Shown here piece after piece: positions 20,301-29,174 of a stretch of 64,000 nt of DNA. The notes under the pieces are model-generated. The model ran no database searches and was not told where the DNA came from. It saw only the letters and a list, made by a program, of their open reading frames with translations. Made by a program: the position numbers and the translations under genes. The stretch covers positions 128,001-192,000 of the forward strand of contig CBDBHR010000025.1 of the NCBI GenBank assembly GCA_965205865.1, in the 5' to 3' direction. The DNA comes from a bacterium (GTDB lineage: Bacteria; SAR324; NAC60-12). Position 1 is the stretch's first letter; every line of letters starts with the position of its first letter.

Positions 20301-20640
20301 TTTATCCTCATTGATTTAAAATTAGAAAAAACAAATCCAAACAATCTGCAGAAAAATGCAATAACAATTAATGATTGGGAAAAATAGGCGAATCGTTTCC
20401 GCTTTATGTTGATCTCCTGATGAAAAAATGAACGAAAAAAGGACAGGGATCCATGATTTTCCAAATTCCCCCTTGCCCTTCTTTTCCCGGAATTTGGAAC
20501 TTGGAATTTAGAACTTGGAACAAGGAATCTCAAGGATCTCTCCCTGAGGTCGAGATAACATAAGAGGGTAGAACCCAATGAACCTGTACAGTTGGGCCTT
20601 GGGCCTTGGGACTTGAAATTCGGGCCTTAGAACCTAATAC

Positions 20641-20908
20641 TTGGGACTTGGGACTTGGGACTTGGGACTTGGGACTTGGGACTTGGGACTTGGGACTTGG
20701 GACTTGGGACTTGGGACTTGGGACTTGGGACTTGGGACTTGGGACTTGGGACTTGGGACTTGGGGGACTTGGGACTTGGGACTTGGGACTTGGGACTTGG
20801 GACTTGGGACTTGGGACTTGGGACTTGGGACTTGGGACTTGGGACTTGGGACTTGGGACTTGGGACTTGGGACTTGGGACTTGGGACTTGGGACTTGGGA
20901 CTTGGGAC
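20641..20908. repeat. Heptanucleotide tandem array (TTGGGAC)n
   Basis: 17 units, one TTGGGGGAC variant, then 20 units. Degenerate TTGGAAC/TTGGGCC units at 20494-20521 and 20592-20640. Confidence 0.97.
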
Positions 20909-21083
20909 TTACTTGGGAATTAATTTTACTCGCATATCAACCTCTTTTCAAGATTTTTTTAAATTTGACTACTCACCTGATTGCCCTTCGCTTCTTGGGA
21001 ATAGATATTTAGAAGCTATTTGGATAAAAAATTGCATTTCTTCTAATTTTCATTTTTTTTAAAAAGAGATTCAGAGACTATCT

Positions 21084-21397
21084 TGGAAAAAATTAACATT
21101 GAATCTTTCTCAGGTCAAACACTTTTTGTTGCAATCGATGCCCATAAGAAGAGATTTGCCTCAATTCCACGGACTTTCATGATTTTGCCTGCTCTTTTTT
21201 AAAACCCCGTAAACCAATGTCAACACTTTTTTTCAGTGATTCATATGGTCAACGCATGAAACAGACAGTTTGCGAGGGCTTGATAAAAATGAAGATTCAC
21301 AAACAAACAACCCTTACGCAGGAGAATGTTATGGAAAAATTAACACTGAATCTTTCTCAGGTCAAACACTTTTTGTTGCAATTGATGCGCATAAGAA
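21084..21397 (+). pseudogene. Two direct-repeat stubs of an IS110-like recombinase N-terminus
   Basis: 21084-21150 and 21332-21397 are ~66-bp near-identical repeats reading EKINIESFSGQTLFVAIDAHKK, like the first DEDD motif (yvgiDvHK). The second has GGAG + ATG. Confidence 0.55.
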
Positions 21398-21617
21398 ACC
21401 GTTTGGTTAAATAATTCATTATAAAGCAAAATGAATTTTGTTCTTGAAAATGCGGTGGGGGGAGGGTAAGATGCGTGAATTGATGCAGTGCTCCAATCCT
21501 GGAGCGACTGACTCAGTTTTTTGTTCATTGCCCAATCCTGGAGCCAATGGATCGGTATTTTTATATTGTAATAATCGTGAATATTGCTTATTTTAAATCC
21601 TTATATCAAAGGTTCAA

Positions 21618-23240
21618 ATGAAAATAAACACCAAAACGAAGTCGTTAGCCAAGGTCCAAACCCACCTCGTTGCCGAGTGCTTCAATAAGCTCTTCATCGG
21701 CGGACAGTTCGTTGACCCCATCGACGGCGAGAAGTTTCCAACGTACTACCCTGCAACAGGCGATTTTTTGCACGAGTTCCCGAGGGGCAAAGCCAACGAT
21801 GTCGAGGCCGCCATTGCGGCGGCTGAGGTTGCCTGGGCAGAGGGTAAGTGGGCGGGCATGGCCGCTGCCAAGCGTGCGGAGATTGTTGCCAAGATGGCGC
21901 AAGGTATTGAGGACAACGTCGAGATGCTCGCCGAGATTGAGGCCGCGGATGTCGGCAAGCCCTTCCGCCAAGCGGCTATGGCGCTCGGTGGTGCCGCTGG
22001 CGAGGGCAAGTACTGGTGCTCGCTCGGTGCGGCGCTGGATGCGGAGCAGGACACGCCTGTCAATTCCGGTGGCGGTGAGGGTGGAGTGCCGCCCGCAGAG
22101 TGGGATGTGGTCTACAGACGAGATCCCATCGGCGTCATCGGCCTGATTTCCGCCTGGAATTATCCTATGAATGTGGCATTTCGCAAAGTTGCGCCAGCCT
22201 TGGTCGCCGGCAACTGTGCCATCCTGAAGCCCTCCGAAATTGCGGGTCTCTCCTGCATGTTCATCGGCAAACTAGCGCAAGACGCCGGCATCCCTGCCGG
22301 TGTCTTCAGTGTCGTCACCGGCGATCGTGACGCGGGCGCTGCTCTGGCATCCGCTCCCACTGTCTCCATGATCTCTTTCACAGGCTCGTCATTGACGGGT
22401 AGCAAGATTATGGAGGCCTGCGCCTCGAAGCTGTCTCAGTGCGCCCTTGAGTTAGGGGGCAAATCGGCGTTGGTGGTGTTTGACGACACGGATCTCGATC
22501 AAGCTGTCGAGACTACAATGAAGGGATTCCTCACTAACGGCGGGCAGATCTGCACCGCACACACGCGTCTCGTGGTCCAGGATGGCCTCAAGGCTCCTCT
22601 ATTGGACAAACTGAAGGAGGAACTCGAGAAGCTTCCATTCTGCAATGACCCGATCACGGAAAAAGATCGTGGTGACAGGGCCTGGGAGGCGGGAATGACC
22701 GACGTGGTCCAGCCTGTGGTCTGCGATTCGCAACACAAGAAGATTCTGGGATTCCTTGATGCAGCCAAGGCTGAGGGTGTCGAGGTTCTAACTGGTGGCA
22801 GCGTTCCGGATGCCGAAGCTGTTGGAAATGCGGGAGGATATTTCATACAGCCCACGGTGCTGCTCAACGTGGCACGCGATGCGGACGTGTGGCAAAAGGA
22901 GGTCTTTGGTCCCGTTCTCTCAGTCCGCTCGTTCTCGACTGAGCAAGAGGCCGTGCTCGAGGCGAACTCTACAGCTTTTGGGCTGGCATCGACGGTCATG
23001 TCCTCGGACCCGGCCAAGGCAATGCGGGTCGCCAACCACATCCGCGCGGGCGCCGTCTACGCCACCTCAACGGGTGAAGGCATATTGGCAGAGCACCCGG
23101 CAGTGTCGCGTGGCGGTTTTGGTTGCTCTGGTGTTGGTCGGGAGCTTGGAATTGGTGGCTTACACGAATACACGGAGCTGAAAAGCGTCAACTACACGGG
23201 ATTTTCGCTTGCCGATGCCAAGAAGCAGCGCACCGGGTAG
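21618..23240 (+). CDS. Aldehyde dehydrogenase, ALDH10/betaine- or amino-aldehyde dehydrogenase-like
   Basis: WNYP, LKPSE, SFTGS, LELGGKS, NGGQICTA (catalytic Cys), EVFGPVL, SGVGRELG. Confidence 0.92.
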   Translation: MKINTKTKSLAKVQTHLVAECFNKLFIGGQFVDPIDGEKFPTYYPATGDFLHEFPRGKANDVEAAIAAAEVAWAEGKWAGMAAAKRAEIVAKMAQGIEDNVEMLAEIEAADVGKPFRQAAMALGGAAGEGKYWCSLGAALDAEQDTPVNSGGGEGGVPPAEWDVVYRRDPIGVIGLISAWNYPMNVAFRKVAPALVAGNCAILKPSEIAGLSCMFIGKLAQDAGIPAGVFSVVTGDRDAGAALASAPTVSMISFTGSSLTGSKIMEACASKLSQCALELGGKSALVVFDDTDLDQAVETTMKGFLTNGGQICTAHTRLVVQDGLKAPLLDKLKEELEKLPFCNDPITEKDRGDRAWEAGMTDVVQPVVCDSQHKKILGFLDAAKAEGVEVLTGGSVPDAEAVGNAGGYFIQPTVLLNVARDADVWQKEVFGPVLSVRSFSTEQEAVLEANSTAFGLASTVMSSDPAKAMRVANHIRAGAVYATSTGEGILAEHPAVSRGGFGCSGVGRELGIGGLHEYTELKSVNYTGFSLADAKKQRTG

Positions 23241-23357
23241 ACGACAGGAAGGAGAACGGTTAGGAGCAGGAGATGGTTCTGTGGCGGATTACTTACGCGA
23301 GGCTGACAAATTCATAAACGACCCCCTGTTTTTTGGGATTTCTAATGAACCACAACT

Positions 23358-24365
23358 ATGAAGATAACTCCTATAAAAAATAAAAATTTTGGAGCAGTTG
23401 TTACTAATGTAAAACTCAAGAACATTGGTGAAGCCGAATTCTCAGAGATAAAAGAGGCCTTCCTCAAGTTTGGTTTCCTGCTGTTTCCTCGCCAGTTTTT
23501 AACTGAGGAAGAGAACATTCATTTTGGGGAACGGTTCGGTACGATAGAGTTTGGTGCCCGTCCAATTGCCAATCAGAAGAAATACGAGGACGGCACATAC
23601 GGTGAAATTTTAGGGCAAAATATGCAACGCATGCGCACTAATGTTGGCAACGAGTTTTGGCATACGGATTCAAGCTACAGACCTATAAGCAGCAAATGCG
23701 CTATACTTTCTGCGGTCAGAGTGACGGAGAAAGGCGGTGAAACCGAATTGGCTGATATGCGCTCGGGCTATGCTGATCTGAAAGAGTCCATTAAGCACCG
23801 CATCAGTGATCTCAGCGCATACCATTCAAATCAGTATTCTCAGGCAAACGACTTGGGAGATTTTCCACCTGCGGTTATCAACAGTTTTAACTATCACGGT
23901 GAGGCATATCTGCGACCTTTGGTCAAAATCCATCCGGAGACAGGGATAAAAAACTTGTTTATCGGGCGCCATGCGTTTGGCATTCATGGCCTTGGCAGGA
24001 AAGAAAGCCGGGAGTTGTTGAATTTCCTTCTCGTCTTTGTCGTATCAGATAAAACCCGTGTTTTTAAACACAAATGGGAGGTTGGTGACACGTTAATATG
24101 GGACAATAGAGCACTCCTTCACCGCGCAAAAGCCTACGACTACAGTAATCCCCGAGTCCTTACCGGTACTCGGGTAGCCGGTGAGGCAGAGTCAGAGCTT
24201 GCATACTATCCATCAGACCCAAAAGCTCAATCAGGGCGTGACGCATTAGAATCTGAATTGGCTTTATTGCGAGAAGAAGCAGGAGGAAAGAAATTTGGGG
24301 GGTCAACCGCACCAACGTCTTCAATGTCTTTAGATAATCTTAGTGATGGAACTGTCATCCACTAA
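23358..24365 (+). CDS. TauD/TfdA-family Fe(II)/2-oxoglutarate dioxygenase
   Basis: WHTDSSY (HxD), GGETELADM, PLVKIHPETG, HKWEVGD..IWDNRALLHRA. Confidence 0.92.
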   Translation: MKITPIKNKNFGAVVTNVKLKNIGEAEFSEIKEAFLKFGFLLFPRQFLTEEENIHFGERFGTIEFGARPIANQKKYEDGTYGEILGQNMQRMRTNVGNEFWHTDSSYRPISSKCAILSAVRVTEKGGETELADMRSGYADLKESIKHRISDLSAYHSNQYSQANDLGDFPPAVINSFNYHGEAYLRPLVKIHPETGIKNLFIGRHAFGIHGLGRKESRELLNFLLVFVVSDKTRVFKHKWEVGDTLIWDNRALLHRAKAYDYSNPRVLTGTRVAGEAESELAYYPSDPKAQSGRDALESELALLREEAGGKKFGGSTAPTSSMSLDNLSDGTVIH

Positions 24366-24401
24366 GGCTAATTCCGAGTATATATCTTTGGATCAGGAAT
24401 G

Positions 24402-25286
24402 CGCTCATACTGAGCAGAGCGGATAACCACTGGTTTTTTTTCATAAAAACAGTTCATAATCAGGACTCACCCTTTAATTATCCCTTCTGAATTTGAAGAT
24501 TCAAAACTTAGTTTGACGAAGTGGTTTTATGCGATCAGTTTGTTGAAGAACAAGGTCAGCAGCAATGAAATGGCCAAAGAGTTACAGGTCGATGGCAATA
24601 CGGCTCGTCGCATGAGCATGCTGCTGAGAGGCGAAATTCTCTTCTCCAATCAATCCGACAGCGAGCCTTTGAAGGAGGAGGTCGAAGCTGATGAAGTCCA
24701 TATTACCGCTGGATCGAAAGACAATAATGGCACGCGTCCGGAGGATCGGGCTCCCCGTCGTCGCGGATTAAAAAAAGGACGCGGCACTTATGAGACGGAC
24801 AAAACGCCCGTGTCAGGTCTCGTCGAGCGTGAGGGCGGTCCGGATTTATCCGTGGTCAAAAATGAGCAAATCCAAACGATTCAAGCGATTATGGAGGGAA
24901 TGATTGCGCCCAACACGACGATTTATAGCGATGGCTATGACATTTATAATTTTGTCGATCGCTCCCCGAATTACAGAGCGCAAGTCTGTCATAGTGCCGT
25001 AGAACATGCGCTGGATTTAAATCACGACGGCATTTATGAAACGCATGTCAATACGCAAGAAGGGGCCTGCTCCTTATTACGCCCCTGGATTCGGCCCTTT
25101 CGAGGGGTCAACAAACAATATCTCCCGCTCTATGTGGCTCCATGTCGGTTTTTCTACAAACGACGGCAACAATCGCCAACTCAGAGTATCCGAAATATGA
25201 TCGCTATAGCCGTTTCTTGCATTGGTCACACCGTTAAGGAACTATGGAAAGGGAACAGGCTACTTTCACTCTGTTCAGTATGAGCG
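24402..25286 (+). mobile_element. IS1595-family element with N-terminally deleted transposase (ORF 24513-25283)
   Basis: TIRs CGCTCATACTGAGCAGAG / CTCTGTTCAGTATGAGCG (17/18 match); VEADEVHI, IYSDGY, HVNTQEG, FRGVNKQYL. No zinc ribbon and no TSD seen. Confidence 0.85.
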
Positions 25287-25484
25287 TTCTTTTTGTCCTG
25301 AATTGTTGTATCTTTTTCCATAAAGCTCTCTACTTGTCGGGTTGTGTCAGATTTTGTGGTTTTTTTTGTGTCAGCCACTGAAATATAATACATTTTTCCC
25401 ACGCTTGAGAGCTTTTTGTATTATGAATCGCTCAACTTGGGTAAATGTTGTTTTGCAGGGGTCTGAGTAAGCAAATCGAAAATG

Positions 25485-25568
25485 TTGACAATTCTTCAAA
25501 TAATCATCTATATTTGCTTATTAATAAAAACCAACAGAGGAATAAAATAAAAACCAACAGAGGAATAA
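25485..25568 (+). promoter_or_regulatory. Putative sigma70 promoter and tandemly duplicated RBS
   Basis: TTGACA (25485), 18 bp, TATATT (25509). AATAAAAACCAACAGAGGAATAA repeated at 25523-25545 and 25546-25568. Confidence 0.55.
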
Positions 25569-25569
25569 A

Positions 25570-27297
25570 ATGAGTAGCAAACTATTATTAGATGAAGAGG
25601 TTTCGGTTGCGGAAGCAATTATGCGCGCCATCGAAACAATGGGTGTTGATCTGGCAATTGGCATCCCGGGTGGGAACACTGGAATTTTGTTTGACGCGTT
25701 GAGGGATCATCAATCCACAATCCGCACCGTACTTGTACGACAGGAATCGCTGGCAAGTATTATGGCGGAAGTGTATGGGCGACTGACGGGAAAGCCAGCG
25801 GTGGCCATGGGGCAGGGGATGTTCATGCTTTCCAATGCCATGCTCGGGACCTTGGAGGCCTATTGTGGTAGTTCTCCCATGTTGATTTTTTCCGATCTTT
25901 CCGATGGGACACCGTTCTCCCACCATGCCCCTTATCAATCCGGAACCGGAGATTACCGCACATGGGATGCAAAATCGGTTTTCAAGGGTGTCACGAAAGC
26001 GACTTTTCTTCCACATGGGCCTGCTGAAACCGTACAAAGTACGCAACTGGCCGTCAAGCATGCCCTAACGGGGGAGCGTGGACCGGTAGCATTGCTTTAT
26101 CATAGTGCAGCGCTGAGGAGTCGGGTAGGTCCGGATTCCGTGCCTAAACTGTATGCGAGCCAATCTTATCTTCCACCTCCAGCGGCACCTGCAGATCCGG
26201 AGTGTATCAAGAATGCCGCGCAGGCACTTTTGTCTGCCGAAGCTCCAGTGATTCTTGCCGGAAATGGAATACGCATCAGCGGCGCTTACAGCCCCTTGCA
26301 GGAATTGGCAGAATTGATCGCCGCTCCTGTGGCCACCACGGCCTCCGGCAAAGGAGTTTTCCCCGAAAACCACCACTTGGCACTTGGTGTTTTCGGTAAT
26401 TTCGGCCAACGTGTGGCAAATCGGACGATGGCGGTGGCTGACACAATTTTTGTCATCGGCTCGAAACTATCACCAAGTGATACGGTCGGTCAAAACCCTC
26501 AATTTCTCGATGCGACGCTTCAGCATTTCATTCAGTTGGATATTGAAGCGAAAAATGCCAGTTGGACCTTCCCATGTGATCATGTCGTGATCGGAGACGC
26601 CAGCCTTGCGTTACAACAGCTTTGCCAATGCATCCGGGAGCTTGGACCTCCCTCTGAGGAAGTTCTGCAGGCAAGGAAGGCCCAGCATACCAACAACCGA
26701 AAAGAATATGGTTTCTTCGACAGCCAAGAAGCGGTTTCTGAAGAAATTCCCTTGCTACCACAACGCATAATCAACGAGATCCGCAATGGACTTGACGATG
26801 ACGCAATCGTGACCTGCGATGCGGGTGAGAATCGGCTGTTTATGACCCATTGGTTTCAAACGCGACAAGCCGGAACATTGATATCTCCGGCAGCCACCGG
26901 AGGTATGGGATATGCTATTCCTGCAGCGATGGGGGCCAAACTGGCAAAACCATCTCGCCGGACCGTCGCCGTGTGCGGGGATGGAGGTTTTCCAATGTCG
27001 ATGAATGGACTGATCACTTGCTGTGAGGAAAATATTCCTATTACTGTGATTATTTTTAACAATAGTGCCCTGGGATGGGTTCGTAGTGGTCAGGGGGAAC
27101 GACGGATTGCTTCTGAATTTTCAGATATCAATTACGCAGACATTGCGGAAAGTTTGGGTTGTCGGGGGTTCCACATTGAACAGCCCGGTACCTTACAAAC
27201 GGCATTGAAAGAAACAGCGGAGAGTGAGGTCCCGGTCGTTCTGGATGTTATCACTTCGAAGAAGTTTACATTCATGGATGTATCCTCGCAATTTTAA
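25570..27297 (+). CDS. Thiamine-diphosphate-dependent enzyme (acetolactate-synthase-like family)
   Basis: GIPGG, VRQESLA..MAE.YGRLTG, GGMGYAIPAAMGAK, GDGGF...NN ThDP motif. Confidence 0.9.
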   Translation: MSSKLLLDEEVSVAEAIMRAIETMGVDLAIGIPGGNTGILFDALRDHQSTIRTVLVRQESLASIMAEVYGRLTGKPAVAMGQGMFMLSNAMLGTLEAYCGSSPMLIFSDLSDGTPFSHHAPYQSGTGDYRTWDAKSVFKGVTKATFLPHGPAETVQSTQLAVKHALTGERGPVALLYHSAALRSRVGPDSVPKLYASQSYLPPPAAPADPECIKNAAQALLSAEAPVILAGNGIRISGAYSPLQELAELIAAPVATTASGKGVFPENHHLALGVFGNFGQRVANRTMAVADTIFVIGSKLSPSDTVGQNPQFLDATLQHFIQLDIEAKNASWTFPCDHVVIGDASLALQQLCQCIRELGPPSEEVLQARKAQHTNNRKEYGFFDSQEAVSEEIPLLPQRIINEIRNGLDDDAIVTCDAGENRLFMTHWFQTRQAGTLISPAATGGMGYAIPAAMGAKLAKPSRRTVAVCGDGGFPMSMNGLITCCEENIPITVIIFNNSALGWVRSGQGERRIASEFSDINYADIAESLGCRGFHIEQPGTLQTALKETAESEVPVVLDVITSKKFTFMDVSSQF

Positions 27298-27428
27298 TCA
27301 CTTGTCTATAAAAATTCCTCATGCTGGCGTGTGGTTACAATGAAGAACGGTTCGGAGGGCTTTATACCAAAAATCGAGTCTGACGGAACAATTCCATGAC
27401 CTTCAATTTTTAATATCAAAGATAAAAA

Positions 27429-28409
27429 ATGAAAGCAGTATTGTTAAAAGAACCAGGAGGTCCCGAAGAACTTTATTTGGGCGAAGCACCTTTGCCGGAA
27501 TGCCATGACGATGAAATCAGGGTCAAAGTCAGGGCTACCGCGATCAATCGCGCCGATACGGTACAACGTCGGGGAATGTACCCTCCTCCCCCTGGTGCCA
27601 GCCCTATTTTGGGACTAGAAATGGCAGGTGAAGTTGAAGCCGTCGGCGCAAAAGTCAAAAAATGGAAAGTGGGCGACCGTGTTTTTGCTCTGTTACCCGG
27701 CGGTGGCTATGCGGAATATGCGGTTGTCCCTGAAGAAATGGTGATGCCGATTCCTGACAATTTGAGCTTTGAAGAAGGCGCCGGAATCGCGGAAGTGTAT
27801 CTCACCTCATACCAAGCCCTTGTCTGGTTAGGAGAACTGCATCCCAAAGAAAACGTCTTGATCCATGCAGGGGCCAGTGGAGTGGGTACGGCAGCGATCC
27901 AAATGGCTAAATTGGAGCAATGCTCCGTCATAGCCACCGCAGGTTCCGAGGCAAAAATACAAGTTTGTCGTGATCTTGGGGCAGACTTTGCCTTTAATTA
28001 TCGAGAATCTGAATTTGTAGAAAAGGTGCTGGATGCCACCAAGGGTCATGGCGCTGATGTGATCATCGATTTTGTAGGAGAACCTCATTTCCGTCAAAAC
28101 ATGAATTGCATCGCGCAAGATGGCCGTCTTGTTTTTTTGGCGTTGCTCGGCGGTACTACAATAAATTCGTTCAAACTCGATTTATTGATGCAAAAGCGTG
28201 TCAAATTGATGGGGTCCACCTTACGTAATCGCTCTGACGCATACAAGATTTCCCTGTCCCAGTCATTCGCTCAATCCTACCTGCGCAAATTTGAAACCGC
28301 TGAACTGAAAGTGGTAATCGATCGAGTTATGCCTTGGGAAGAGGTGGCAGCGGCCCATACCACTATCGAATCGAATCTGAATATAGGGAAAATCATCCTG
28401 ACGTTATAA
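27429..28409 (+). CDS. NAD(P)H:quinone oxidoreductase (PIG3/zeta-crystallin family)
   Basis: NRAD.VQR.GMYPPPPGAS.ILGLE, HAGASGVG, GSTLR.R. Confidence 0.93.
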   Translation: MKAVLLKEPGGPEELYLGEAPLPECHDDEIRVKVRATAINRADTVQRRGMYPPPPGASPILGLEMAGEVEAVGAKVKKWKVGDRVFALLPGGGYAEYAVVPEEMVMPIPDNLSFEEGAGIAEVYLTSYQALVWLGELHPKENVLIHAGASGVGTAAIQMAKLEQCSVIATAGSEAKIQVCRDLGADFAFNYRESEFVEKVLDATKGHGADVIIDFVGEPHFRQNMNCIAQDGRLVFLALLGGTTINSFKLDLLMQKRVKLMGSTLRNRSDAYKISLSQSFAQSYLRKFETAELKVVIDRVMPWEEVAAAHTTIESNLNIGKIILTL

Positions 28410-28422
28410 AAAAAGAGGAATT

Positions 28423-29118
28423 ATGGAGGAAAAAAAGCTCAAAGCCGTCATTGAAGCGCATCGGCAATGGTTAGAAACGGAAAAAATGGAAGGATGTCAG
28501 GCTGACTTCAGTGGCGTCGATTTGAAAAAGGCGGATTTGCATCTGATGAATCTCCAGGAAGCCAATCTGCAAAAAGCCGATCTCAAAGGAGCGAACCTGA
28601 CCCAAACCGATCTCAACCATGCCAACTTACGCGAAGCCGATCTGAGCCATACTAATTTGGAAAGCGCCAACCTGCGTAAAGCCAATCTCGCTCATGCTGA
28701 TTTGAGGGGCGCCGTTCTCAAAAACACAAATCTGCGATTTGCAAATCTCAACGGTACCAACCTCAGTGGGGTGCATTTTGTCGGTGTTGATCTGAATAAC
28801 GCGAACCTTGAAGAAGCCAATCTCAATGGCGCCAATCTCAACAAAGTCAACTTGAGCAATGCGGATCTCAAAGGGGCGAAACTGCAGCAAGCCGATCTCA
28901 GTCAGGCCTATCTCAGCGACGCCTATTTGGGACAGGCGGAATTGCAGGGAGCGAATCTCAGTGGGACTTTTCTCAGAAGAGCAGACCTCAGTGGCGCCAA
29001 ACTTCAAGGGGCGGATCTCAAAGGCGCCGATTTGGAAGAAGTGGACCTGCACCAGGTGGAATTGGTGGATGTTGATCTCAGCAACGCTGTCAGCCTCGAA
29101 ACCACAAAGCAGGATTGA
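28423..29118 (+). CDS. Pentapeptide-repeat protein
   Basis: Continuous A(D/N)Lxx repeats after an N-terminal H.QWL...G.QAD cap. Confidence 0.93.
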   Translation: MEEKKLKAVIEAHRQWLETEKMEGCQADFSGVDLKKADLHLMNLQEANLQKADLKGANLTQTDLNHANLREADLSHTNLESANLRKANLAHADLRGAVLKNTNLRFANLNGTNLSGVHFVGVDLNNANLEEANLNGANLNKVNLSNADLKGAKLQQADLSQAYLSDAYLGQAELQGANLSGTFLRRADLSGAKLQGADLKGADLEEVDLHQVELVDVDLSNAVSLETTKQD

Positions 29119-29174
29119 TGCTGCCTCGAGTTAACCATCAAAAAACGCGGATTCATTCCATGTACTTCACTCTT

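Noticed and set aside
20606-21062. Three overlapping GLGTWDL-repeat ORFs
   Set aside because: Artefact of a stop-free 7-bp repeat being open in all three frames; no RBS.
19963-21400. CRISPR array in the repeated segments
   Set aside because: No constant 25-40 bp repeat with unique equal-length spacers, and no cas genes in the window.
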